From positions 124,001 to 188,000 of the IMG/VR virus record IMGVR_UViG_3300028393_000019: a stretch of 64,000 bases of DNA; one strand, given 5' to 3'. The notes under the pieces are model-generated. The model ran no database searches. It was not told the origin of the DNA and saw only the letters and a list, made by a program, of their open reading frames with translations. The position numbers and the translations under genes were made by a program. This document shows, piece by piece, positions 55,480-64,000 of the stretch; the first letter of the stretch is position 1, and every line of letters starts with the position of its first letter.

Positions 55480-55770
55480 TAAACATATTGAAATCTGTAA
55501 AAAGATCAGGTTTGGTATCCCAGTCACTATGATAGGCATAGCCCATATACTCAATACACCACAATATGTTTATTCGTTTCCCGGGACTACTGGCCGTAAC
55601 CCAAGTAGCGTAATTACAGTAACGATAACTGTACGGTGCATTGGATCTACCGCAAGGCCCGCTATATGGGCGACTTGAGAAATCACAAAGGCAGAGCACT
55701 AACTGTCTATATGGAAACATGCGGTACGGACACCAAGCCTAGTCTAGGGCATTCGGGAGAGTGTAACTAG
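55480..55770 (+). ncRNA. candidate pseudoknotted RNA
   Basis: 11-bp stem 55480-55490/55562-55572; loop GCCCATATA (55541) complementary to TATATGGGC (55663). Confidence 0.55.
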
Positions 55771-55771
55771 A

Positions 55772-55866
55772 CACTTTAATCAAACACACTTAGCCTAGCT
55801 ATAAGCTAGGTTGCAAGGACCACACACCATCTTAGAAAAAAGTGTTAAGTGTGTTTGATTAAAGTG
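55772..55866. repeat. 23-bp inverted repeat abutting tRNA-Gly
   Basis: CACTTTAATCAAACACACTTAGC / GTTAAGTGTGTTTGATTAAAGTG (one G:U). Confidence 0.85.
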
Positions 55867-55939
55867 CGGGATTAGTTTAATGGTAAAACAGCAGATTTCC
55901 AATCTTCGGTCAAGAGTTCGATTCTCTTATCCCGCTCCA
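55866..55939 (+). tRNA. tRNA-Gly(TCC)
   Basis: TTTCCAA loop, U73, CCA. Confidence 0.9.
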
Positions 55940-55959
55940 ATTTTTAAAAAGGAAAACAA

Positions 55960-56220
55960 ATGAAAGCAAGTCATATTTTGGTAGCCACACGTGAACAAGC
56001 TGATGCAATCTTGGCTGAAGCAACTGCATTGAATTTTGGATCACTTGCACAGCAGTACAGCTCATGCCCCAGTAAAGCACGTGGTGGCGACTTGGGCGAT
56101 TTCGGCCCAGGTCAAATGGTCAAGCCGTTTGAAGATGCTACTGTGGCAACAGCAGTTGGTGCTATTAGCCAGCCAGTGCAAACACAATTTGGTTTTCACT
56201 TGATCCATCGCACTGGATGA
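55960..56220 (+). CDS. ppiC: parvulin peptidyl-prolyl isomerase
   Basis: ASHILV, SSCPS...GGDLG.F..GQMV..FE, TQFGFHLI. Confidence 0.93.
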   Translation: MKASHILVATREQADAILAEATALNFGSLAQQYSSCPSKARGGDLGDFGPGQMVKPFEDATVATAVGAISQPVQTQFGFHLIHRTG

Positions 56221-56777
56221 TAATAGATTCAAACGATCTTTGCCGCAAGTATGATTACAGTAGTTTGATCTCAGCTACCGAAAACGACACAGCCATAGGC
56301 ATTATCAAAAGTATAATCGAAAGCGGCAACTACTTTAAAAACTCGCCTCCGTTTCAAACACAGGAAAATTTGTTTGGCAGATCCGAGGCAGTTTGGTTGA
56401 AATATCGTATGACATTTTTGACCAGTGTGTTTTTATATTTGGGACACGAAGCCAGAGTCAGCAACATGATGGCTTGGAGTTTTATGACCAATTTGAGCAC
56501 AGTAGAAGATCGTGACAAATATTGGCATCATCATGACAAACATTCGGGCAAAAGCCTAAGCGGAATCATGTACTTGCACATCCCCGACGATGTGAAGGAT
56601 TTTGACACATGTGGCACCGAACTGGCACCCAATGGGCCAGAGTCTCCTGGCAAATTTTTTGTACGACCCAGTTACTGCTCGTGGATTATCTATCCCAGCA
56701 ACATTTGGCATAGACCAGGTATTGTGCAAAGTGACAAATATCGATTTATTTTAGCCGCAGACGTTGACTACGAGTAA
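56217..56777 (+). CDS. putative 2OG-Fe(II) oxygenase
   Basis: WHHH, SGIMYL, YPS.IWH, R..LA. Confidence 0.7.
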   Translation: MIIDSNDLCRKYDYSSLISATENDTAIGIIKSIIESGNYFKNSPPFQTQENLFGRSEAVWLKYRMTFLTSVFLYLGHEARVSNMMAWSFMTNLSTVEDRDKYWHHHDKHSGKSLSGIMYLHIPDDVKDFDTCGTELAPNGPESPGKFFVRPSYCSWIIYPSNIWHRPGIVQSDKYRFILAADVDYE

Positions 56778-56792
56778 AATAGATGTTATAAT
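56764..56792 (+). promoter_or_regulatory. sigma70-type promoter
   Basis: TTGACT-17-TATAAT. Confidence 0.75.
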
Positions 56793-56813
56793 AACGTTTT
56801 AACGGAGATATCA

Positions 56814-57047
56814 ATGCGAAATACAACACTTAGCCGTGGTCCAGAAATTGACAGAGAACTGTGCTGTAGCAAAATGGGGACTGGTATGTATGATCTTGTT
56901 CTGGCAGCCACAGCTCGAGCAAGAGAGATCCGTCGTCAGCATAGAAGCAGTGAGTCATATGAGCATATCTATCCAATAGTAACTGCTATACTGGAAATCC
57001 AACAAGGCAAGATTGATCCAAAAGAGTATCTCAAACGAGTACGTTAA
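56814..57047 (+). CDS. rpoZ: RNA polymerase omega subunit-like protein
   Basis: YDLVLAATARAREI ... PIVTAILEIQQGKI matches the omega motifs. Confidence 0.75.
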   Translation: MRNTTLSRGPEIDRELCCSKMGTGMYDLVLAATARAREIRRQHRSSESYEHIYPIVTAILEIQQGKIDPKEYLKRVR

Positions 57048-57052
57048 TTCGT

Positions 57053-57130
57053 GCAACGGTGGCAGAGCGGCCCAATGCACCGGATTGCAAATCCGTAAAA
57101 CCGGGGGTTCAAATCCCTCCCGTTGCTCCA
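57053..57130 (+). tRNA. tRNA-Cys(GCA)
   Basis: CGGA-TTGCAAA-TCCG arm, U73, CCA. Confidence 0.92.
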
Positions 57131-57140
57131 TAAATAACAC

Positions 57141-57169
57141 TTGACATCTATGGTAATAGGTGTTATAAT
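57141..57169 (+). promoter_or_regulatory. sigma70-type promoter
   Basis: TTGACA-17-TATAAT. Confidence 0.8.
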
Positions 57170-57196
57170 TTTATTTTAAGAAATCAAGGAGCAGAA

Positions 57197-57439
57197 ATGC
57201 GCGAATACGAAAGCATCCAAGGCGACAATTTAGAGGAAGCGGATCAAGCACAGCTATTGTCTACTGCTCTAAGTGCAGACGCTGTGGCCAAGATCAGAGC
57301 CAGTATCCCTACTGGGCCCAGTTTGAGTCATTGCAACGAATGCGGAGAAGAAATTCCGCTTGCTAGGCAACGAGCATTGCGTGGATGCATGACCTGTATC
57401 GATTGTCAAACACTTAGCGAAAGAAAGAAGTTAGGATAA
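57197..57439 (+). CDS. TraR/DksA C4 zinc-finger protein
   Basis: EEADQA tip motif; CNECGEEIP.AR...CMTCIDCQ. Confidence 0.9.
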   Translation: MREYESIQGDNLEEADQAQLLSTALSADAVAKIRASIPTGPSLSHCNECGEEIPLARQRALRGCMTCIDCQTLSERKKLG

Positions 57440-57606
57440 TGAAAATCCAATTTACAAAAGAAACTATGCCCGACGAACTGTACAATACGCTCCTACAGCA
57501 CTTTGTAAACGAAGCAGTTGGACTAGGGGTAGAAGTAAACAAGTTTACCCAGTTTGATAATTGGGTAATTGAATGTACCGTGGATGCAAAAGAATCGGTG
57601 CATTAA
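57439..57606 (+). CDS. 55-aa hypothetical protein (not in ORF track)
   Basis: MKIQFTKETMPDELYN...; TAATG coupling on both sides. Confidence 0.6.
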   Translation: MKIQFTKETMPDELYNTLLQHFVNEAVGLGVEVNKFTQFDNWVIECTVDAKESVH

Positions 57607-58067
57607 TGCCCAAGTGTTATCAATTAATCGGAGTTCCCTGCGCAGGAAAAAGTACTTGGACTAAGAGCCAGCAATGGATCTTAGGTATGGAGTATGTAAG
57701 TACTGACCATCATGTAGAAGTCTATGCTGAACAGCAAGGTAAGACTTATTCAGAAGTGTTTAAGGATTACATGCCTAGAGCAGTTGAACTAATGGCACAA
57801 GAAGTCGTAGATGCTAGAACAGCAGGACGTGATGTGATTTGGGATCAAACTAGTACTACAGTTGCTAGCCGTGCTAGGAAGTTTAATATGCTTCCTGACT
57901 ATTGGCACATCGCTGTGGTGTTTCCGACTCCTGAAATCGCAGTATTGAAAGAACGTTTGGCTAGCCGTCCAGGCAAAGAAGTTCCTTGGGAAGTTGTACA
58001 AGGAATGATCGATAATTTTGAATACCCTACTAACGAAGAGGGTTTCAAAGAAATTTGGAGGGTATAA
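57606..58067 (+). CDS. P-loop polynucleotide-kinase-like protein (AAA_33)
   Basis: GVPCAGKST, STD, WDQTS, ERLASR. Confidence 0.85.
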   Translation: MPKCYQLIGVPCAGKSTWTKSQQWILGMEYVSTDHHVEVYAEQQGKTYSEVFKDYMPRAVELMAQEVVDARTAGRDVIWDQTSTTVASRARKFNMLPDYWHIAVVFPTPEIAVLKERLASRPGKEVPWEVVQGMIDNFEYPTNEEGFKEIWRV

Positions 58068-58534
58068 TGCCTTGGATTGAAAACGTAGCCGCAAGTGATA
58101 TCCCAATTGGATTCCATCACGATGCTGGCCCTAATAGTATGCTGATCAGTATAGTTGATCCTGCAAGCTGGCGACCTGAAGCCAAACACCAATTCAAAGA
58201 GCGCCACAACTTTGAGTTTTTGGATGTGGAAGAAAAGGATTCGGTACTGGAAGAATCAATGAAGTGCAGTCATGAGCAGGCCGCAGAGCTTGTTCGTTTG
58301 CTACAACACGCATTGGACAACCGTATGAATGTAGTGGTCCATTGCTTTGCAGGCATTTGCCGTTCGGGCGCAGTTTGCGAAGTAGGGATTATGATGGGAT
58401 TTGACGACACAGAACGCTTTCGTAGTCCAAATCTTTTGGTTAAGCATCGTATGATGAAGCAGTTGGGTTGGACCTACGATGAAAACGAAAAGCCCAATAT
58501 CGACGACTGGCGTACTTTTAGATCGGTTGACTAA
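58067..58534 (+). CDS. Cys-based (PTP/DSP-like) phosphatase
   Basis: VVHCFAGICRS (CX5R). Confidence 0.85.
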   Translation: MPWIENVAASDIPIGFHHDAGPNSMLISIVDPASWRPEAKHQFKERHNFEFLDVEEKDSVLEESMKCSHEQAAELVRLLQHALDNRMNVVVHCFAGICRSGAVCEVGIMMGFDDTERFRSPNLLVKHRMMKQLGWTYDENEKPNIDDWRTFRSVD

Positions 58535-58555
58535 TTGGCAAATTGAGTGTATAAT
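58527..58555 (+). promoter_or_regulatory. sigma70-type promoter
   Basis: TTGACT-17-TATAAT. Confidence 0.75.
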
Positions 58556-58584
58556 AATATATTAAACAATGAAAGGAGGGCAAG

Positions 58585-59190
58585 ATGCCTAGTGTTTTTC
58601 TAGTAAGTGATACGCACTTTGGACACAAAGGCGTATGCCACTTTACACGTAACGATGGTGTTACAAAACTTCGCCCATGGGACTCGCCCGAGGAAATGGA
58701 CGAAGCAATGGTCAAGGCGTGGAACGAACGGGTAAAGCCCACAGACAAAGTCTACCATTTGGGCGACGTTGTTATCAATCGTAGAGCGTTGGATATCATG
58801 CATAGACTTAACGGCGACAAAGTGCTGATTCGTGGTAATCACGATATCTTTAAAGACACAGACTATCGTGAACACTTTAGAGAACTTAGAGCTTATCACG
58901 TTATGGATGGTATGATCCTTAGCCATATTCCGTTACACTCAGATTCAATGGGTCGTTTTGGTGTTAACATTCACGGTCACACTCACGCAAATCGTGTGAA
59001 AAAAGCTCGTGGGGTTGATGCTAGAACTGGGGAAGTTCTGTACAGCGAAGAGAACGATGTGCGCTACCATTGTGTATGCGTGGAACAAACCCCAGACTTC
59101 GCTCCAATTCTGTTTGAAGATGTCATAAAGAACATCGAAGCAGAAGGCGGGAGTGTAGGATTCCGCAACGGAAACGGTCCTACTATGTAA
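58585..59190 (+). CDS. calcineurin-like metallophosphoesterase
   Basis: SDTHFGH, HLGD, GNHD, SH.P, HGHTH. Confidence 0.9.
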   Translation: MPSVFLVSDTHFGHKGVCHFTRNDGVTKLRPWDSPEEMDEAMVKAWNERVKPTDKVYHLGDVVINRRALDIMHRLNGDKVLIRGNHDIFKDTDYREHFRELRAYHVMDGMILSHIPLHSDSMGRFGVNIHGHTHANRVKKARGVDARTGEVLYSEENDVRYHCVCVEQTPDFAPILFEDVIKNIEAEGGSVGFRNGNGPTM

Positions 59191-59204
59191 TATAGTAGCA
59201 CTTT

Positions 59205-59231
59205 AATAGGGCCTTCGGGCCCTATTTTTTT
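59205..59231 (+). terminator. intrinsic terminator
   Basis: AATAGGGCC-TTCG-GGCCCTATTTTTTT. Confidence 0.88.
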
Positions 59232-59307
59232 GGCTCTACGTTATGCTCATTTTAATAAATACAGTATAATAATCATCAACCAGATGACAGCATAACGGAG
59301 ATAGCAC

Positions 59308-61380
59308 ATGTCGCTACAAATTAGACGCGGAACTGATGCCCAAAGACAAGCAGTAACTTTTGACTTAGGCGAAATTTTATACACAACAGATACTAAGAAA
59401 CTCTTCATTGGTGACGGTGCCACGTTGGGCGGTGTAAATGTTCTTGCTAGCTCAGCTGGTACTGGACTAAGTTGGAATTCAACTACACAAACACTAAACT
59501 TTTCAGGAACATTAAGTGGTTATACCACAGATAACCTAGCACAAGGTACAGTCAACTTATACTATTCACCCACACGGGCGAAAGCTGATATAGCTACCAT
59601 GTTTACTGCTACAGGATCTAGTACAGTGACAGGAACAGTTACAGCTACCACAGCCACTACAATTTCATTTGTAGGCGCAGTGTCTAGCATCAACGGTGTA
59701 GGTATACTAACGTACACCAGCGGCACAGTACCGCAGATTGGCATGGTTATAACAGGTACCGGTATCAATGCAAGCCCTGCCACATACATTGTTTCAGGTA
59801 CTAGTCCCACATTTATTTTAAATCAAGTACCTACAGCCGCAGGTACAGGCGTAGCAATACAGGGTGTGATATCACTGGTCACAGTCAGCTCGGCTGCTGG
59901 ACTGGTAGCATTAGAACCTTTCTTAGTAACAGGATCAGGAGGTGGTGGTCTATCACCTAGCACCTACTATATCATTAATCCTTCAGCCGGTACCAATCAA
60001 ATTACCCTGGCAACAACTCAAGCTAATGCACAGAACAGTGTTGCAATAACTACACTAACGACTGCTACATTATCTGCTACTAATTTTAGTGCTGGCGGCC
60101 CTGATGCTAATGTTACGTTTTCTTATAATTCTGTAACTGGCACTATGAGTGTCAATTCAGCTGGTTCGGGACTCACAGCTATATTGCAAGATAGTAGTCC
60201 AACATTGGGTGGAAATTTAACGCTCAACGGTAACACAATTAGTGGCAATGGCAACATCAATATTACAGGACAAATTCTTGCTAATGTTATATCAACAACT
60301 TTAACTAGTGTTAGCGGAACACAAGTGTTGTTGGTTTCTAATACAAATATGCGAGTAGGAATGCCTATAGTGTTTGGCCTTACAAGCCAAACAGCAGTGA
60401 CTACAGGTAATATTATTCCGTATTTGACATATTATGTTGCGAGCGTATTAGCCGGTAACTATATTACTATATCAACCACAATCGGCGGAACTGCGTTCAA
60501 TGCCGGCACTGCTAGTGGTACGATGTTTGTTACAGCCAACGGGCTGGATACCGGCGTTGTAACTGCTAGTTCAGTTAATGTTAATTCAATGTTAACATTC
60601 AGAGACATGACATATCCCGCAAACACTACTGAATATCAAATTTCAGGTATTAGCGGCTATTTTGTATTTGGACAAGCAAGCGCACCTCAGAACTTTGTGT
60701 TCAATACCAACTCAGCTGACCAACCATTCACTATTAGAGGTGCTACTACTGGGAATTTTGGAAACCAGCCTAATCTTAAGTTTGGAAGTTCGAGAGGAAC
60801 CGTGGCAGCGCCACTGATATGCCAAAACGGTGACTCAATCGGTCTAATCAAGTTTGATCCCTACACTGGTATTGCTAGCATGGGCGGCTATAGCAATGGT
60901 GCATTTATTACGGCATATGTAAGCGATTCAACCTTCGTGGCAAATGCCGCGCTAGTAAATACCACCATCGCTATCGGTAATGATGCTGATATTGGAACTG
61001 GTACATATACTACATTTGCACCAGGTGGAGTTGTAACAGTACCGGTCCTTACTAGAAACTTAGTAAACGAAGTTACCAATTTTATTGCTGTTGGTAGTAG
61101 TACCACTTATGCATTGAGTACCACAGCAACTAATAATATCTTAATAACTAGCGGTAGTTATACAGCAACACTAACGTTTCCTAGTTCCGGACTACGTGAT
61201 GGACAACTTGTCAAATTTACTGTTGCGGCAACTGCATCAGCATTTACATTGACTTTGGCATTAACTGCCGGTCCCACTTTGATAGGAACATTTGCAGGTG
61301 CAGTTGCAACCTCTGCATCGACAGCTACAACTTATTCCTACATATATAGGGCCAGTAATACTAGTTGGTATCGAGTTTAA
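59308..61380 (+). CDS. tail fibre-like protein
   Basis: LQIRRGT...GE..YTTDTKKLFIGDG N-terminal domain; Thr/Gly/Ser-rich; TAAATA upstream. Confidence 0.8.
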   Translation: MSLQIRRGTDAQRQAVTFDLGEILYTTDTKKLFIGDGATLGGVNVLASSAGTGLSWNSTTQTLNFSGTLSGYTTDNLAQGTVNLYYSPTRAKADIATMFTATGSSTVTGTVTATTATTISFVGAVSSINGVGILTYTSGTVPQIGMVITGTGINASPATYIVSGTSPTFILNQVPTAAGTGVAIQGVISLVTVSSAAGLVALEPFLVTGSGGGGLSPSTYYIINPSAGTNQITLATTQANAQNSVAITTLTTATLSATNFSAGGPDANVTFSYNSVTGTMSVNSAGSGLTAILQDSSPTLGGNLTLNGNTISGNGNINITGQILANVISTTLTSVSGTQVLLVSNTNMRVGMPIVFGLTSQTAVTTGNIIPYLTYYVASVLAGNYITISTTIGGTAFNAGTASGTMFVTANGLDTGVVTASSVNVNSMLTFRDMTYPANTTEYQISGISGYFVFGQASAPQNFVFNTNSADQPFTIRGATTGNFGNQPNLKFGSSRGTVAAPLICQNGDSIGLIKFDPYTGIASMGGYSNGAFITAYVSDSTFVANAALVNTTIAIGNDADIGTGTYTTFAPGGVVTVPVLTRNLVNEVTNFIAVGSSTTYALSTTATNNILITSGSYTATLTFPSSGLRDGQLVKFTVAATASAFTLTLALTAGPTLIGTFAGAVATSASTATTYSYIYRASNTSWYRV

Positions 61381-61976
61381 TAATTAAAATAATCGATATC
61401 TCGAGCATGTAATTTGGCAATAGATTTTATGCTAGCATCGTTAAAATACTGTTTATATTCATAGTGGTCATACCCACTTATATCAGGTAAAGGAATATCG
61501 CAATTTAGATATTCCTTTATTTTTTTGAAATCTCGTTCTAGTGTTTCCGCCTTACAAACAAAATCAACGTTCTCATCATTTACATGTATAAAGTCAACTT
61601 GATTTGTAAAACGAGTAAACCATCTGGGGAAATTAAATTCTATATCCGGATCGCAGTAGTCTGCTACCCATTCATTAATTGGTTTTAAATCTAACAATGT
61701 TTGATTATTCCAATCTAACCAATATCCTTCTGTGCTTATCTTACGGAATAGACTATACACACGTTGCCATGGGTTACGAACAACAGTCATAGTCTTAGCA
61801 TACGGGTATCGGTCCTTTACCATGCCCAAGTGTGGATGATCAATCATCCACGGCTCAGCATCCTTAACATCAAAATTAGTTTTGAGCCAATCACTAATAA
61901 TTTTCTTCATGGCCATACCTGTACGAGGTACATGTACATAGGCTAGTTCAGGAGATGAAATATAAAAAGTCCCCAT
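61377..61976 (-). CDS. sulfotransferase-family (Sulfotransfer_2-like) protein
   Basis: YVHVPRTG and VVRNPWQRVYS PAPS-binding-like motifs. Confidence 0.75.
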   Translation of the reverse strand: MGTFYISSPELAYVHVPRTGMAMKKIISDWLKTNFDVKDAEPWMIDHPHLGMVKDRYPYAKTMTVVRNPWQRVYSLFRKISTEGYWLDWNNQTLLDLKPINEWVADYCDPDIEFNFPRWFTRFTNQVDFIHVNDENVDFVCKAETLERDFKKIKEYLNCDIPLPDISGYDHYEYKQYFNDASIKSIAKLHARDIDYFNY

Positions 61977-62743
61977 TATTTTTTAATAATCCTAATTACT
62001 TGAGCCATTAGATCCCATTCCCACCATAATTTTCTAGTGTTCCAATCTCCGGGATTAGCATGATGGTTATTGTGCCAACCGTCTCCCAGACTCACAAGAT
62101 TAGCAATCCAGCTGTTAGTACTTCGATCCTTGGTTTCAAAGTTTCTATAACCATGCCCGTGCCCAAATACATTGACTACTCCGATAAGGTGCACAGTCAT
62201 GCTGGCAGGTACGACGTAGACAAATAACCAAAGTATAGGATCGATCACCACCAGCACCAACGAAAATACAAAAATAATTTTAAAATAATTATTAAAGATA
62301 AATTTGTGTACAGGTTTTTTCATTAGATCTTTAACATAGGCCACTGGGATATTAGGGATAGCCCAATCATAGCCCCACCACACTTTTAAAGCCTGTGTAA
62401 TATCAAGTTTATCATTAATATATGGACTGTGCGGATCACCTTCCTTGTCTGATCTAGCATGATGCTGTCGATGCAATCCTACCCAACTTATAGTAGGGCC
62501 TATTGTCGATATTACACTAATCAGACTTAGTGCATTTTCAAGCCATGGATGTGTAGTAAAACTCTTGTGTGTTAATAGTCTATGCAATGTTACTACACTA
62601 CTGATAGGACCAATAATAAGCCATGATACAAATGCAATACCTAGGAGATAGTACTGTGCCGTCACTAATGCATACACTATTGCAGGGACAGCCGCTATAT
62701 GATTAAACGCTTGTAGTAGTCTAATTTTTGTATTTAAATTCAT
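61976..62743 (-). CDS. delta-9-type fatty acid desaturase
   Basis: HRLLTH, HRQHH, WHNNHH His boxes. Confidence 0.92.
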   Translation of the reverse strand: MNLNTKIRLLQAFNHIAAVPAIVYALVTAQYYLLGIAFVSWLIIGPISSVVTLHRLLTHKSFTTHPWLENALSLISVISTIGPTISWVGLHRQHHARSDKEGDPHSPYINDKLDITQALKVWWGYDWAIPNIPVAYVKDLMKKPVHKFIFNNYFKIIFVFSLVLVVIDPILWLFVYVVPASMTVHLIGVVNVFGHGHGYRNFETKDRSTNSWIANLVSLGDGWHNNHHANPGDWNTRKLWWEWDLMAQVIRIIKK

Positions 62744-63354
62744 TTACCTTGTTCCAGTTGTTGCCACTCGTTGTCGTCGATAATTTTAGTATTCCAATTT
62801 ACAAAAGCGCCGGGCGTTGTTTCATAGTATACAAAATTCTGCCAACATTTTTGTACAGGCCATGGGCATGTTTGTATATAACCGGCACCCAACGTCCATT
62901 TATTATCGCTTGCAATGGCCATTTGATTGACCCAAGTATCCCACCAACGCTTTCCGCCTCGGTTGCGATTTTGCATAGTAATCAAATATAAATCGTAGTT
63001 GTTTACTTTTTCTAATGCATCGATTAACTTACAGGTTACTCTAAACCCATCAGTCATATCCGTAGGCTTCATGCGAAACTCAGGAAATGTATAAAGCCTG
63101 TTAATCATCTTTGCTACGTTTTTTGGGTAACGATCGTCTCTGAATACTCCGCCCATTACCATAGGTTTGCCTGTGCTGGTTTGATAGACTACCCCATACC
63201 CTGTGTGATGCTCTACCACTAAATTTTCCTCAGTATAGTTATGTCGTAACCAGTTGTCTTCCTTTAGGCAAAGCTGTCTAGCTTCTTCAAATTTTGGAAG
63301 AGACTTGTAGTATATAACTATGTGGGTATCTTGTACATCATATCTGTTTTGCAT
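62740..63354 (-). CDS. hypothetical protein (possible GNAT-like fold)
   Basis: NRLYTFPEFR motif; TAAATA 7 nt upstream. Confidence 0.6.
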   Translation of the reverse strand: MQNRYDVQDTHIVIYYKSLPKFEEARQLCLKEDNWLRHNYTEENLVVEHHTGYGVVYQTSTGKPMVMGGVFRDDRYPKNVAKMINRLYTFPEFRMKPTDMTDGFRVTCKLIDALEKVNNYDLYLITMQNRNRGGKRWWDTWVNQMAIASDNKWTLGAGYIQTCPWPVQKCWQNFVYYETTPGAFVNWNTKIIDDNEWQQLEQGK

Positions 63355-63393
63355 GAAGTAATATTTACTTAAATATGCGTAGGTGGGAAAAAA

Positions 63394-64000
63394 ATGTTAG
63401 ATAACGCAGTAACCAAGTTAAACTTCACAATTAAATTAGATAGTTTAAGAGAATACTATCATATTCTAGCGGCTGAGTATGACCATTTAAAATGGAATTG
63501 GGAACGTCACGGTAATGATATAACTGAAGAATGGCGCAACCGTATGATGTCAGACAAGGGCACATTACTTCCGTATGGATGGGCTATACAGAGTAATTTA
63601 GTTGATATAACTATCCCATGTCCACCATATAACATTAGTACCCATGATCGATGCGACTATAGAAATACTGAATTAGCATTTGGACTTGTGACTAAACTAC
63701 AGGAACTAATGCCGTATACATACCGTTGGAGTTTAGTAGTACAGCCACCTGGCGGTAAGGTGACTAGGCATACTGATCAGGGTGATGAATACACTGCACA
63801 CATTCCAATATACGAGGCACCTGCCGCAGTTTTTAAATTTTGGGATACAGACGAATCTCAACGATTATTTAATATGGATGCCGACGGCACTGTTTATCTA
63901 GTAGATACTATTATTCCTCACGAAACAGAAAACTATGATACTACAGATAGAATAGGACTAGTGTTTAGATTTAAAAGAGATGACTTGCCCAAGTTACTAA
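63394..64000 (+). CDS. 2OG-Fe(II) oxygenase (Asp/Asn beta-hydroxylase-like), runs off the window
   Basis: PGG.V.RHTD, HIPI, PHETEN...DRI.LVF. Confidence 0.75.
   Translation, partial: MLDNAVTKLNFTIKLDSLREYYHILAAEYDHLKWNWERHGNDITEEWRNRMMSDKGTLLPYGWAIQSNLVDITIPCPPYNISTHDRCDYRNTELAFGLVTKLQELMPYTYRWSLVVQPPGGKVTRHTDQGDEYTAHIPIYEAPAAVFKFWDTDESQRLFNMDADGTVYLVDTIIPHETENYDTTDRIGLVFRFKRDDLPKLL

Noticed and set aside
50069-55720. ORF-track ORFs overlapping tRNAs (e.g. 50429, 52792, 53234, 53402, 53649, 53846, 54270, 55385, 55406)
   Set aside because: They are shadows of tRNA/ncRNA sequence with no RBS or protein-like features.
1-64000. Stop-codon reassignment, as in some jumbo phages
   Set aside because: Conserved genes are full length in the standard code, coding density is high, and no CTA/TCA/TTA suppressor anticodon was seen.
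1-64000. CRISPR array or cas genes
   Set aside because: No regularly spaced repeats were seen. The 15939 protein is a stand-alone PD-(D/E)XK exonuclease.

Overview
This 64-kb window comes from a large T4-like (myovirus-type) phage genome that uses the standard genetic code. The host is probably an aquatic proteobacterium, inferred only from the iscU/iscA/dnaK/rpoZ/tmRNA style. It holds virion and head-packaged protein genes under TAAATA late-type promoters, class Ia RNR (nrdAB, grx) and many host-like genes: ALA synthase, heme oxygenase, a bilin reductase, iscU/iscA, rpsU, dnaK/hsp20/clpS, curli csgFG with curlin-like proteins, FecR and CHASE2-cyclase proteins, plcP/agt-like lipid remodelling genes, desaturases, rpoZ and a TraR/DksA protein. 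It also has a two-piece (permuted) tmRNA and an array of 28 tRNAs covering all 20 amino acids. The best candidate for a new system sits at the head of the tRNA region: a 49-codon leader peptide containing all 20 amino acids, with mutually exclusive antiterminator and terminator hairpins, i.e. a possible all-tRNA-sensing transcription attenuator. Other unannotated signals are two -1 frameshift sites at TCA-AAA-AAA-AAN, several long-stem structured RNAs between the tRNAs, an atypical tRNA(UAU), and a modular polyprotein with conserved DNA junction repeats. There are also ROSE-like thermometers, a Pho-box-like repeat before plcP and widespread leaderless mRNAs. All functional calls were made by eye from motifs; no searches or folding programs were run.
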